DNA of 64,000 nucleotides from Octopus sinensis (taxonomy: Eukaryota): assembly GCF_006345805.1 (NCBI RefSeq), contig NC_043002.1, forward strand, positions 9,176,001 through 9,240,000. Reading direction: 5' to 3'. Below the pieces are notes generated by a model, which made no database searches, was not told where the DNA came from, and saw only the letters and a program-made list of their open reading frames with translations. Shown here piece by piece: positions 1-12,585 of the stretch (position 1 is the stretch's first letter; the number at the start of each line of letters is the position of its first letter). A program made the translations under genes and the position numbers.

Positions 1-4
1 ATAT

Positions 5-61
<57 letters not shown>

Positions 62-1224
62 TATTATAAAAGGCAGATTTTATCTGCCTCCCTTTGGGAG
101 TTATACAAATCTACAATATAGGATTTCTTCGATTACAATTTACCTAGCATTTTTAAGAGTACAATGCATCGCGTCATGCCAGGTCCAGTTTTTAAAATTT
201 AAACTCCAATTAAGCAAAATTTACAGAAAACTCACATTCTGGTGTGTGTGTCACATGCTTTTCTTAGTCTGGTTTACACCACACGCAAACGCACACACAC
301 AGTGGGCAACGAATAAAATGAAAGTAAATAGCGACAGAGTGATTTGAGGAAGACTAAACTGAAAGTATTTTAACCACTACTCAAAAAATAAAAAAACACA
401 GCAAACAGAAACAAATAAATACATAACCATTTACTCCTCACACAATTTCTTCAATTAGAATTTAACTAAGATTTTTCAGAGTACTTCAGTGGGTGATGCC
501 ATAAAAAATTTCTTTCAATTTTACCACCAATTAAGACAAAATTCGAGAAAACTCAATATTTTAACCTATCACTCCGAAAGCATTGATGTACATGTGTGCG
601 TGCGTGAGTGTGTGTGTGTCATTCCTCACACACACGCATACACATACATATACAACTACATACAACTACATACACATACAACTACATACAAACACGTGTG
701 TTTGTTATTAGTAAAAAAGGCGCCAAAACTCAACTTACTTATCATTCCAACACATTTGCAAAGACACAAGGACGGACAGAAAAGGTAAATTGGTTTTTAT
801 TTTACTCTGTATATATTTTATTATATAATATTATATATAGATATATGTATATATAATTGCAGTATGAAACAGTGTTTATGTATAAACAGACGACACTTAT
901 ATATAGTTACCAAGCCGCCTGAATTTACCTATTCATATTTAAATGAGAATATCAGAGCAAACCTCTTTAGTACATTCGTGAAAACACGTATTATACTTCG
1001 TAAACACTTCAACTACAGTTTTGTACAAAAATCGAAGTGTAATTTTAATTCCGTGAATTATGGGAGATTTTTTTCCGAAATTTGTTCCTATTGTGTTTTC
1101 AAAATTTGTAATTCTGACAAAAAATGGATACGAATTTCATTATATCAAGCAGCGAGTCAGAATTCGAAGGATTTTCTACTGAAGACCTTCATAAATCTAA
1201 CTCTATGACTGAAAAAAAAAAGCA

Positions 1225-1618
1225 TCTTTATATAAGAGTGAAGTTGTGTGTCTGTCTCCTACGATTAGATTCCTAACTACTCCCACATTTTGCGGTGCAG
1301 TTTAACCAAAAGCGGGTATCTTATAGTCGTGATTCATATCGAGCCCTTCTGGGTATTAGCGTGCGTCTACGATGAGTCTACGATTTTAAAAAAATTTACC
1401 ATCATATTTTTCCATTTTAATGCATTTTTTCCGCTTTTATATAAGGGAAGTAACTCTCTAAAAATATCTACGATGTGTCAACGATTTAAAAAAAAATTTA
1501 CCTTAATTTTTTTTCAATTTTTAATGCATTTTTTTGCTATTTTTTGGCTATAACTCTCTAAAAATGCTTATATAGTTATTTCCCTTACAACCCGAGCAAC
1601 GCCGGGCGATACTGCTAG
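1225..1618 (+). mobile_element. Non-autonomous Helitron
   Basis: A|TC 5' start (atctttatataagag), subterminal hairpin CCCG-agcaacgc-CGGG, CTAG|T 3' end. Confidence 0.8.
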
Positions 1619-1906
1619 TATATATATATATATATATATAAAGTAAAATGGAGAATATACACATAGGATAATCAATTTATTTATTAATTATCATAATCAA
1701 TTGATATTGCCTTCATGGCGTTTCAGTTTGTTGCTCCATTCAAAGTTGTTCATTTAAAGTGCATTTTGAAGTTGAAAGAAAAAAACCTCAAAGCAAATTG
1801 ACTTCTATAGAACTTCCAATATCATTAATTGGTATAGAGTTAAACTGGTATATGCTTGGAAAATTTATCCCTAGGAAAGGACAATTTCTTTCCATACAAA
1901 TATAAA

Positions 1907-2286
1907 TCTCTCTATATATATAAATGGCAAAATGTGTGCGTGCGAGTGTGTGTGTGTGTGTCCTTTATACAAATCCATAATTTTTCAGTTAGAGGGCTCG
2001 CACTTTCTATGGTCATTCAAAACCGTCCAAGGGTGGTCGTGCACGTCTTTACATTTCCCCAGTCACCCCACAAAGCTATTAAAAAATCAATAGAAGTGAC
2101 TTTTTTGTGAATTTTCTATCCAAAACCCAGTCAAAATGCCCAAAACTTGATACGCCAATTGAATGCCAGCTAGCTGTATATGATTGGTTGGAGATTTGGA
2201 CAGTACTCGCGTGTATGTGCACACACACGCAGCTGTATATGCATGCACTAGCACTATGACCTGGCGTTGCTGGGTCATAGTGCTAG
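1907..2286 (+). mobile_element. Non-autonomous Helitron family 2, copy 1
   Basis: A|TC start, hairpin ACTATGACC...GGTCATAGT, CTAG|T end; inverted copy at 36535-36898. Confidence 0.85.
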
Positions 2287-2289
2287 TAT

Positions 2290-3110
2290 AGTATAAAATT
2301 GATAAAAAGTGTGCAGTGAACTTGCCATGAGGAGTGGAAAATCCAACATTTCAGACAGTCCTTCTTCAGGGGTAAAGTAGAAAGGAGAGAAATTAATAAG
2401 AGGCAGCAGAGTTTTACAAGTAGCTGGCTGTAATTGATAAGGGCTGCAGGACCACATGAGCTTCTTATGTGAACAAGAAGAGAAACAATGCAAGACGGAA
2501 AGAATAATGGAATGAAGAAAAGCAGGCAAAATCAAGTGACATGAAAAGAAAAGTTCAAAAGAGAAGGGAGATGAAAGATGAGAAATGGTTTCAGGAATTA
2601 AAGGAGGTGTACAAGTAAAAGGAAAAGCTGTTCATTTATACATATGGTGATAGGGTGCCAAGTTCAACTATGAAATGTTGCTCCATCTGTTTACTTAAGA
2701 ATGTGGATCCATGCCACACACTGATAAGTGTGAAAGAAGAAAGAAGACATGCACCCAACACCAGAGCTGAAGACACTTCCGAAAGGGGGGAGGGCCCCGC
2801 CACGTCAAAACGGTAGAGGAGTAGGGGCCGAAACCGGACGTGGTTCCTCCTGATGATGTCTTGAGCTAACTGGATCCTGTAAAGGAGCTGTTGTGGTCTG
2901 CTACTACGAAACATGGTTGTAATTCCTCCTGGAATAGCCTGTAGTGTTGAAGTGGGCAGGACAGGTTGGCCAAGCATACTTAGCAGGATGCCTCAAATAT
3001 GTTCCTGAGGGCAACCAGAAAGGTGTCGGCCTGTCTCTCCATTGTAAAGTACACTGCAGAGTTTGTTAGGTTAGTCAATGTGCAACAGGAAGTTCTGAGT
3101 AATACAATGT
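2290..3110 (-). mobile_element. Decayed Penelope-like element 3' part (GIY-YIG endonuclease C-terminus, 3' UTR, hammerhead remnant), interrupted by repeat X
   Basis: Minus-strand translation gives CSVLYNGETGRHLSGCPQEH, then AHFNTTGYS, and after the insertion EQHFIVELGTLSP, typical of PLE GIY-YIG. CTGAAGA...GAAA motif at 2341-2372. Confidence 0.75.
2733..2930 (+). mobile_element. Unclassified repeat X, copy 1 (5'-truncated), inserted in the Penelope endonuclease
   Basis: Near-identical to 15640-15963 and 54050-54390; all end at gtaattcctc. Confidence 0.8.
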
Positions 3111-4344
3111 TGTATCTTAGGTTACTCATTCCAACATGACAAGCTGTTCCATCACTCATTTATCTCTTATCAGTTATGATTCATGAAAAGAATACCTGCA
3201 GCTTATATAAACATATTATCATCAATACGATTACACTGGCAGTTATTAGTATCATACAGCTGGTTCTCTTTACTAAAGTACTTATAACTAATAAGCAGAG
3301 CAACAAAAAATTTTGTTGTTATGTGTTTTATTTTTATTATACCCAAAGCAAAAAGGGTATTTATACCCAAAACAAAAAGGAATTATAGAAGACTTAATTA
3401 CCTCCATGTGCACTGAATATGAAAATAAAGAACTACTGTATTCAAAAATTAGTGTCTATCAAGGAGCAAAATAACTTGGTTGCTATCAGTTGTACAATTG
3501 AAGATTAAAACATTAGCTTCTAACTATATATAATTTATCTCTGAAGAGCTTTTATGTCCACGCAAACCTAAATAAGGTCAAAAACATTAAAAAAAAATAT
3601 ATTTAACAACTCACATATTGTTCCCAATGTTTGGGTTTAATCTTTCTTAAAAGTTTCCAGCTGAGATAAACATTTCATATGAGATATCTTACATCAAAAG
3701 ACAACAGCAGAACACCACAAATGGACCATTCGGCAAAGTTATAGAGATTTCCATTGTCTTAAACAAGCTAGCTGTATGTTTAAGCAGCTAACATCTACAG
3801 CAAAAGTATTTTTTACCTATATTCTATGTTAATATATTCCAAGCAGAATGCTTTGTTGTCGTTCATCTCAACCGGAAATATTAATAAAGGCAGTTAGCGT
3901 GTCTAATAACGATCCCCTTGACACGGCTTACTACTCGTGGTTAAGAATATATAAAAAGGACAACTCTGGTCAAGTAGCACAGAGGAAAAATTAAGCATGT
4001 CATTAGTGAATGACTAAGCAACAAAGTGATCTAAACAGGAAAATGTTGCTTACTTGATAGCAATGTCTCTACAGTAATTTCCATCATCATTGTGTCAATT
4101 GATGCCATTAATTAGATGATTGTGGAAAAGAAAAAAAGGGGGAGGATAGTTTCTTCTTATATAAAGTGTTATGGGAAATGAATCTGACACAACTTCCAGT
4201 TAACACACTAGTAACCATTTTGTCATTCATAGTAACATTTTTCTTTGTTTATAGAAAGAATAAATATTTTGCTTAACAAAAATCTCAACAGATATCAGTG
4301 TTCTACTTCATATGGGCTTAATGATTCATATACATGTATATGTT

Positions 4345-5113
4345 CATCATCATCATTTAACGTCCGTCCTCCATGCTAGCATGGGTTGGACGATTCAACG
4401 GGGGACCTGGGAAGCCAGATGGCTGCACCAGGCTCCAGTCTGATTTGGCAGAGTTTCTACAGCTGGATGCCCTTCCTAACGCCAACCACTCCAAGAGTGT
4501 AGTGGGTGCTTTTTACATGCCACCGGCACAGGTGCCAGGCGAGGCTGGCAACGACCACAATCGGATTGGTGCTTTTTACGTGCCACCGGGACGGAAGCCA
4601 GTCAAGGCGGCGCTGGCATCGGCCACATTCGGATGGTGCTTTTTACATGCCACCGGCACAGGTGCCAGGCGAGGCTGGCAATGGCCATGATCGGATTGGT
4701 GCTTTTTACAAGCCACCGGCACGGAAGCCAGTCAAAGCGGCGCTGGCATCGGCCACGTTCGGATGGTGCTTTTTACATGCCACCGGCACAGGTGCCAGGC
4801 GAGGCTGGCAACGGCCATGATCGGATTGGTGCTTTTTACATGCCCCTGGCATGGAAGCCAGTCAAGGCGGCGCTGGCATCGGCCACGTTCGGATGGTGCT
4901 TTTTACATGCCCCTGGCACAGAAGCCAGTCAAGGCGGCGCTGGCATCGGCCACGTTCGGATGGTGCTTTTTACATGCCACCGGCACAGGTGCCAGGCGAG
5001 GCTGGCAACGGCCATGATCAGATTGGTGCTTTTTACATGCCACCGGCACGGAAGCCAGTCAAGGCAGCGCTGGCATCGGCCAATTTCGGATGGTGCTTTT
5101 TACGTGCCACCGA
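4345..5113 (-). mobile_element. RTE-tailed repeat family R with about 10-unit 65-bp VNTR
   Basis: (GAT)n tail, terminal hairpin CGTCC-aaCCCATGCTAGCATGG-..GGACG, ttaggaagggcatccagc body, alternating A/B minisatellite units. Other copies near 10513, 11700, 13425, 16482, 28371, 31720, 32168, 42651, 47719, 54790, 55388, 57100, 57800, 62145, 63540. Confidence 0.9.
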
Positions 5114-5312
5114 CAATTTCTATGTGTCTATGTGACTATCCTGTGTGTACATACTGTTGCAAGTGCATTGTATTTGTGTATATATGTATATAGTAGCAAG
5201 TTGCAATGTGTGTTGGAGAGAGAAAGAGGAGAGAGAGAGACCGGGTAAATGTGTATTAACAAACATATGATATTTAAAACTATATAGTGTCCTGTCGACT
5301 GTCTAGTGGTTC

Positions 5313-5731
5313 TTACTCTCTTTACTCCTTTTACTCTTTTACTTGTTTCAGTCATTTTGACTGCAGCCATGCTGGAGCACCGCCTTTAGTCGAGCAAATC
5401 GACCCCGGGACTTATTCTTTGTAAGCCCAGTACTTATTCTATTCTAGTGTCTCTTTTGCCGAACCGCTAAGTGACGGGGACGTAAACACGCCAGCATCGG
5501 TTGTCAAGCAATGCTAGGGGGACAAACACACACACACACACACACACATACATATATATATATACATATATACGACAGGCTTCTTTCAGTTTCCGTCTAC
5601 CAAATCCACTCACAAGGCATTGGTTGGCCCGGGGCTATAGCAGAAGACACTTGCCCAAGATGTCACGCAGTGGGACTGAACCCGGAACCATGTGGTTGGT
5701 AAGCAAGCTATTTACCACACAGCCACTCCTT
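5313..5731 (-). mobile_element. CORE-like tRNA SINE copy
   Basis: Reverse complement of the 35089-35448 family with an internal (CA)/(TA) tract. Confidence 0.85.
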
Positions 5732-5880
5732 TCTTATTCAAGAAAATTTAAAAACAGGTAGGGTGGTAGGGAATACAAGTGAAACAATCTGAAAGTAGAC
5801 AGGTAAGGAACACAACAGAAGCAAAAACCAGGAAAATTCTCAGAATGCTTGATAATACACCACAGATTGCTCTTTTTCAT

Positions 5881-5979
5881 TTAGCTTCTATGTGAACAGA
5901 TAGATATCTTAAGCATAGTAACGTGTGCCAATTCAACTATCTGAGCCTCTCGACAACTATTTTGATACTCTATTTCTGC
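5881..5979 (-). CDS. Putative terminal coding exon of unidentified minus-strand gene
   Basis: Acceptor ctctgttttccatcag|, AEIEYQNSCREAQIVELAHVTMLKISICSHRS then TAA. Phase 0 matches the 7329-7359 exon. Confidence 0.5.
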   Translation of the reverse strand, partial: AEIEYQNSCREAQIVELAHVTMLKISICSHRS

Positions 5980-7328
5980 CTGATGGAAAACAGAGGCAAT
6001 TAACGATGAAGTCCTAATTATTTTTCTTCTTTTTTATCACGTTTGTCTGTTTTTGAGTAAAAGTAGTAAGAATGCAAAATATATAACAAACAAAAAAACG
6101 AGAAGATTTTGATAGTTTCATGAACATTTAATTGTTCCAACTACAGGCTTTGAGAGCTGCTTTCTTTACTTTGGTCATGCACTCAGAATAGTATAATGAA
6201 TAAATCTCCTTCTTTTGTTTTACCATTTACTTACAAATTGTTATGAGAGTACAAATGACCGAGTAAATTGTTTTAATTGAAAATGTATTGCTGCCTTTGT
6301 TTAGCCTCAAATCAGCAATGAATAAGCCCTATAATCAAAGACATTCCAACAGTGACCAACCCATACTTATTTCAACATAGTGTATCTATGACCACATTAT
6401 TTCAGTGTTTTTCTTTTCAAGATGGTAGGATCTTTGAAGGAAATTTTGGCAGTTGAGGAATGTGTACAGCCTCCTTCTTTGGTTGACTTCGGTCCTTGTT
6501 ACTTTTCAAGCTACTCAGTTCTTCTTATTCAGAGCATATTTTTACCATTAGCAAAACTCAGCCTTAGTTACCGAATACCAAATAACTAACTGAAATGTGT
6601 TTTACTATTAGCTTGCAGAGCAACAGACTGCTGTTCATGTACAAACGATGATGTCTTCCAATTATTTCAGACTATCAAAGCTGAATAAAGTTCTCCTATT
6701 ACACAATATGCTTCTGATATACTTTTAACCCTTACCAAGTTTTTTTCTAGTGATAAAAAATAAATTCTAAAACAGCAATGCTCCCATTTGCTTTAAAGAA
6801 AAATATTGTAGATCTCAGTACATTTTCAAATGAAGTAAATGAACATTTCATATATTTTCTGTTTAAATAAAAATCAAAATAGGAAAGAGGGACTAGATTT
6901 TATTTTGAATTTAAGTTTCAAATTAGGAATTCATATCTATGGAACACTCAATGGGTAATAACCTTAACTGGACCATATCAGAAAATCTGGTACCTTCTTT
7001 GCATAGACACATACATACAATGAGCTTCTATATTATTTCCATCGACCAACTTCACTCACATTGTGCCCTATGCCATTACATGGCTGTGCCATATAGTGGC
7101 ACAGGGCCTGAAGCTACAAGGTTACAAAGTGAACACCATATCCATACAGCCATACCTGTGCTGATTGATTGATTGACTGACTGACTGACAGACGGACAGA
7201 CGGACAGACGGATGGATACTGACTCATGCCAACATCCCAACCTACCATGTATGGTAAACAATGAAAGGAACTGATGCCATTGAATACACTATGCTGCAGT
7301 CTGCCACAAAAGTGATGCCAGCACTTAC

Positions 7329-7359
7329 TCTACCAACATCATGTCCAAACACCATGAAC
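7329..7359 (-). CDS. Putative internal exon (31 nt) of unidentified minus-strand gene
   Basis: Acceptor tttatttttgtttttag|, (K)FMVFGHDVGR, donor AGA|gtaagt. Phase 2 entry matches the 9586-9743 exon. Confidence 0.65.
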
Positions 7360-9253
7360 CTAAAAACAAAAATAAACAAAAAACAGTGTGTGTGTGTGCA
7401 CGCATATGTTCAATTCTAGCTCACAAGTAAAATGTATGTATTTAGGGGATATATAGCACCTGAATATGTTAAAATTCTAAAAAACAGGTGCAATAGCTCA
7501 ACCAACTAATCTTGCCATCTCTAGCAATAGCATATAAACCTAAATAGTACAGGAGGATAGATTTATTATTATATTTTTGGCATTTCATATTCTTTTGGAA
7601 GAGAGTGAAGCAAATGTTTTGATAAACATCAAAACCATTTGACTGTCATTATGGAACTACACCACCACATACATAAAATTAACTTTTCTTTGTGTATGCA
7701 TTGATGCACCAGTAGGTTCATAAACTATATTTATGCCATATGAGAGAGAAAATGAAACTCTCTCTTACTCTTTTACTTGTTTCAGTCATTTGACTGCGGC
7801 CATGCTGGAGCACCACCTTTTAGTCGAGCAAATCGACCCCAGGACTTATTCATTGTAAGCCTAGTACTTATTCTATCGGGCTCCTTTTACCGAACTGCTA
7901 AGTTACGGGGACGTAAACACATCAGCATCGGTTGTCAAACGATGTTGGGGGACAAACACAGACACACACATACATATATATATATATACATATATACGAT
8001 GGGCTTCTTTCAGTTTCCGTTTATCAAATCCACTCACAAGGCTTTGGTCAGCCTGAGGCTATAGTAGAAGACACTTGCCCAAGATGCCATGCAGTGGGAC
8101 TGAACCCGGAACCATGTGGCTTGTAAGCAAGCAACTTACCACACATACACTTTTATTTTTTATTTTTTGTTGTCCTCTGATGGTGTGGAAAACTTCCTTC
8201 CACGGCAACCTCCAATACAGTTTTCAGTTCTTCATACATCCATCTCTTATCCCTGATAATTTCAGTATGTGATGTTGACCCTTGATATCAGTAATGCCTT
8301 TAGACAGATCAAGTATGAGAACATGGCAGCAAAATTTCCCATATAAGAGCTCCCCTGTCTATTACGTCTTCTCTTGGATATTTCTTATCAGATTGTTCTA
8401 TGACAGCATGTATCCACAGTAACCTCTCAAAGCTATATTCCATTAAGTCTGATGTGCCTTTGAGTTCTGTTAGTAAAGCCCTATATCCTTCATCTATTGT
8501 CACTGATCCCTTTATATTCTCTACCTGTTGTTAGTGATCACTTTGCATCCACCATCCCCTATATCCTCCATCTATGATCACTAAATCACACATATCATCC
8601 ATTTATTGTTACCAATTCCACTATATTCTTTATCTTTTATTATTGATCCCTTTGTATTCTCCATCTATTTTTACTGATCCCGAAATGTCCATAATAGTTT
8701 CTTCACTTCAGAACTAACAAATATTCTTTTATCATCCTTTTATCCAACCTAAAACTGCATCAGATGCTTCAATCAAATCTTTAACCCCAGAATGGAAACT
8801 GTCTATAACTCTCTCTCCGTTAACATTATTCTTGCTTAGCTCCCTATTAATTGTATTTGAGCAAAATTTGATTGTAGACATTCAAGCCATAACAATTTGT
8901 TTGGGGTTTGCTTGTTTGTTTCTTTCTTTCTTTTTTTTTTTTCTTCCATCACCAGGACATCTAGAATCATATTTTCTGTGTCCATTATTAAAATGGTTTT
9001 CGCTAATGACATCAACCTGCTGTGATTCAAATTGAATATCTACTTCATCACTTTCACCTGTCTAAGGTGAGATGCAAATGTCATAGGCGCTACCCCTCCT
9101 GACTGGAAAACAATTTAAAAAACAAGAAAAAAAAACAGAAATGAAAGTCATTCCGTGGGCAGAGTTTGTTGTTGATTGTTCCTAAGTCAGTCTTGAAATG
9201 GTCAGTCCTTTGATGAAAGCCTTTCCAGTTGCAACCATCCCATATTTACATAT

Positions 9254-9486
9254 TTAACCCTTTAGTGTTCACATTATTCTGCCAAAATTAGTGCTTCTTC
9301 ATCCACTTTGTTTTCAACTAATCATGCATTATCTTGTTTGTAGCTATGAGATTTTGATGAGGTAGCTGTTGATTTTTTAAATGATATTGTAGGGTTGGTG
9401 TGAGAGACCAGATCTGGCCAGTTTGAACATAAAACAGGCAGAATACTTTTGGCCGGATATGGCCGGTTTAAATGCTAAAGGGTTAA
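9254..9486. mobile_element. piggyBac-like MITE; related copy 63045-63275 and a truncated end at 63504
   Basis: TTAA-CCCTTTAG...CTAAAGGG-TTAA. Confidence 0.8.
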
Positions 9487-9585
9487 AACAGTAGGGTGTA
9501 ATATGAGAGATGTTGCTGCTATTTCTAGCAAGTCTAGCAAGTCAAGCAGCCATACAGAACCACACTTTTTAACTTGTGGACTCAC

Positions 9586-9743
9586 TTTATTGAAAATGTG
9601 TGACCATCATATTTTAGCACTTCACCCAAAACACATGCACCATTATCAGTTATATTAATGTAGTCATGACAAACTGAGTCAAGAATGCAAACGTGGGAGA
9701 GCAGCTCTCCTTTGTAATCTATTATTATATTTAAAATACAACG
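9586..9743 (-). CDS. Putative internal exon (158 nt) of unidentified minus-strand gene
   Basis: Acceptor tttttgtttagcttctgcattccacag|, open frame RCILNIIIDYKGELLSHVCILDSVCHDYINITDNGACVLGEVLKYDGHTFSI(K), donor |gtgagt. Confidence 0.7.
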
Positions 9744-11189
9744 CTGTGGAATGCAGAAGCTAAACAAAAAAAATGTACAAAGCCGATGAGCAAAGTTATG
9801 AAAGATCAGTGGGTTACACAAACCATGTGAGAGACAATAATGAAAATCAGTTGAAATAGAAAGATGAAAAAAAATTTTAACAATAAATTCAGTGGTGTTT
9901 AATTAATCATGTTGCCAATTACAAAGAGTTGTTAGAGAAGTTATTTATCACATGAACAATAACATTTATACTTTTATCATTAAGCAGACAGACACACTTA
10001 ACTGTACTTAGACATCATACTCTTTACTCTTTTACTCTTTTACTTGTTTCAGTCATTTGACTGTGGCCATGCTGGAGCACCGCCTTTAGTCGAGCAAATC
10101 AACCCCGAGACTTATTCTTTGTAAGCCCAGTACTTATTCTATCGGTCTCTTTTGCCGAACTGCTAAGTGACGGGGACGGAAACACACCAGCATCGGTTGT
10201 CAAGCGATGTTGGGGGTACAAACACAGACACACAAACATGCACACACATATATATACATATATACGACGGGCTTCTTTCAGTTTCCGTCTACCAAATCCA
10301 CTCACAAGGCATTGGTTGGCCCGGGGCTATAGCAGAAGACACTTGCCCAAGATGCCACACAGTGGGACTGAACCCGGAACCATATGGTTGGTTAGCAAGC
10401 TACTTACCACACAGCCACATTAACTTTTGTTACAGAAAGAAATGATATTTCTTCATAGCAATAATAACAAGTGCCATAAATAACAGTTGCAGATAACAGC
10501 TTTATATATATATCATCATCATCATCGTTTAATATCCACTTTCCATGCTAGCATGGGTTGGACGATTTTGACTGAGGGCTGGTGAACCAGATGGCTGCAC
10601 CAGGCTCCAATCTTCATCTGGCAGAGTTTCTACAGCTGGATGCCCTTCCTAACGCCAACCACTCCGAGAGTGTAGTGGGTTTTTTTATACATGCCACCAG
10701 CACGGGGGCCAGAGCTCGCAAGATTGCGCCTCTGTAGTGGGAGAAGTCTGAAACATGGTCCTTTGCTATTCGCAAGACCCGCAGAAGAGAAAGCAGGTTG
10801 ACCCCCGACACCGAGAGCATCGACGGATGGATGAATGCGCATCCAAGCTCAGCGGTTGCATAGGAAGTCAGGGACAAGAAACAGGAAGAAAGAGTGAGAG
10901 AAAGTTGGAGCGAAAGAGTACAACAGGGGTCGCCACCACCCCCTGCCAGAGCCTCATGGAGCTTTAGGTGTTTTTGCTCAATAAACACACACAACGCCCG
11001 GTTTGGGAATCGAAACCGCGATCCTCCAACCGCGTGCTTGAGGTGCTCAATCTGTGAGCTAATAATAATATCTATTAAGCTTGAGTTGGTGACGGGAGTG
11101 CCCTCTAGTTACTGCTTGTTCCTAGTTTCAAAGCACAAAGTGGACAAGATAAATTTTCTCTTGTATATGATGCCAATCTATCGCAGGTA

Positions 11190-11330
11190 ATATCTATCTA
11201 GGGCAGGTAAAATTCCCGAGGCCTATGGAGGACTTCTCTCCAGCGGTCCTTGTCCCTCGTCATCACTGCTATGTCCTGCATCTCCCAGAGACCAGGTAAT
11301 ATTTTCAGATGATTTAGTCCCTATTCCTAG
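11190..11330 (-). mobile_element. Short RTE 3' remnant
   Basis: Minus translation MQDIAVMTRDKDRWREVL resembles the RTE C-terminal DRxxWR motif. Confidence 0.5.
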
Positions 11331-11699
11331 TAAGTAGATGAGCGGAAGCAATATACAGAATAAATTTAATCAGTACATTGATTAACTATGTTAGACCTCA
11401 CATAACTATAGGTTCTTGAGAAGGTTTCTAGCGTTATTATTTTAAATTGTTTTTTTCCCCTAAATTTCTATATATTTCTACAATCATTGTAAATCCAGAT
11501 AAACTGGTGTAAGACTATGCTTTGTTGAGGAGTTCTAATAAGACTGGAACAAGTCTGTTGAGTTGACCATACTTACTAAGTATCAAACTTCTTCCCACCG
11601 CATGCTCACCCATCCACACATTCAACTTTTAATCAATTTTAATTTCAAGACTATCTCCTTTGATTTGACAAGAATTATCATTAAAACTGATATTTCTTT

Positions 11700-12092
11700 T
11701 CATGGCTTCTGTGCCGGTAGCACATAAAAAGCACCATCCGAACGTGGCCGATGCCAGCGCCGCCCCGACTGGCTTCTGTGCCGGTGGCACATAAAAAGCA
11801 CCATCTGAACGTGGCCGTTGCCAGCGCCGCCTTGGCTGGCTTCCATGCCCGTGGCACGTTAAAAGCTCCAACCGATCGTGGCCGATGCCGGACCCCCCTG
11901 GCACCTGTGTAGGTGGCACGTAAAAAGCACCCACTACACTCGTGGTGTGGTCAGCGTTAGGAAGGGCATCCAGCTGTAGAAACTCTGCCAGATCAGACTG
12001 GAGCCTGGTGCAGCACCTGGCTTCCCAGACCCCGGTTGAACCGTCCAACCCGTGCTAGCGCGGAAAACGGACGTTAAACGATGATGATGATG
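11700..12092 (+). mobile_element. Family R copy (plus orientation)
   Basis: Same body and (GAT)n tail; opposite orientation to neighbours at 10513 and 13425. Confidence 0.9.
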
Positions 12093-12538
12093 AAAGGATA
12101 CAACTTTAATTAATTCAAATTTTTTTTCTTGGCTTACTACATTAAGTACAATATCCCCCACTGAGGTATGGAATAAATCTTTTTGCACAAAATTACAATA
12201 AAACTGCAAATAATCCCCTCACTCATTTCAAATTTAAAGTCTGTGGGTGGCTCACATGTTTAATGTGTTTGCCAGATTTTTTTTGAGCTATCCAATAACA
12301 ACAACCGACACTATCATAGCTATAATAATTGCCTCTTCTGAAGTGGCCTAGGGGGGACCAAGACAAAGCTGTCAAAGAGGAGCAAATCTGAGATATACAT
12401 CTTTGATTTGATCAGGATTTAATATTCCCTTTAAAATGGTTTTTGTTGTCAGTTTCTAAACAAATAAAAATCATAACGCACAATTAATTAATAGTTTCAT
12501 ACAATTAGTATATTTACAAAAAATTAAATACGTTTCAC

Positions 12539-12585
12539 CCTAACAAGTACAGGAATTGTTTGCTTATTTATTTGTAAGAATTCTT
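12539..12585 (-). CDS. Putative internal exon (47 nt) of unidentified minus-strand gene
   Basis: Strong acceptor (T run)ccacag|, (E)EFLQINKQTIPVLVR, weaker donor AGG|gtgaaa. Phases fit both neighbours. Confidence 0.55.

Noticed and set aside
2820-2860. Permuted hammerhead in repeat X (GAAAC...CTGATGA)
   Set aside because: No room or complementarity for stem I, and stem II does not close next to the core in any of the three copies.
4500-5113. CRISPR-like repeat-spacer pattern
   Set aside because: Spacers alternate between two recurring types, the array is internal to a retroposon, the context is eukaryotic and there are no cas genes.
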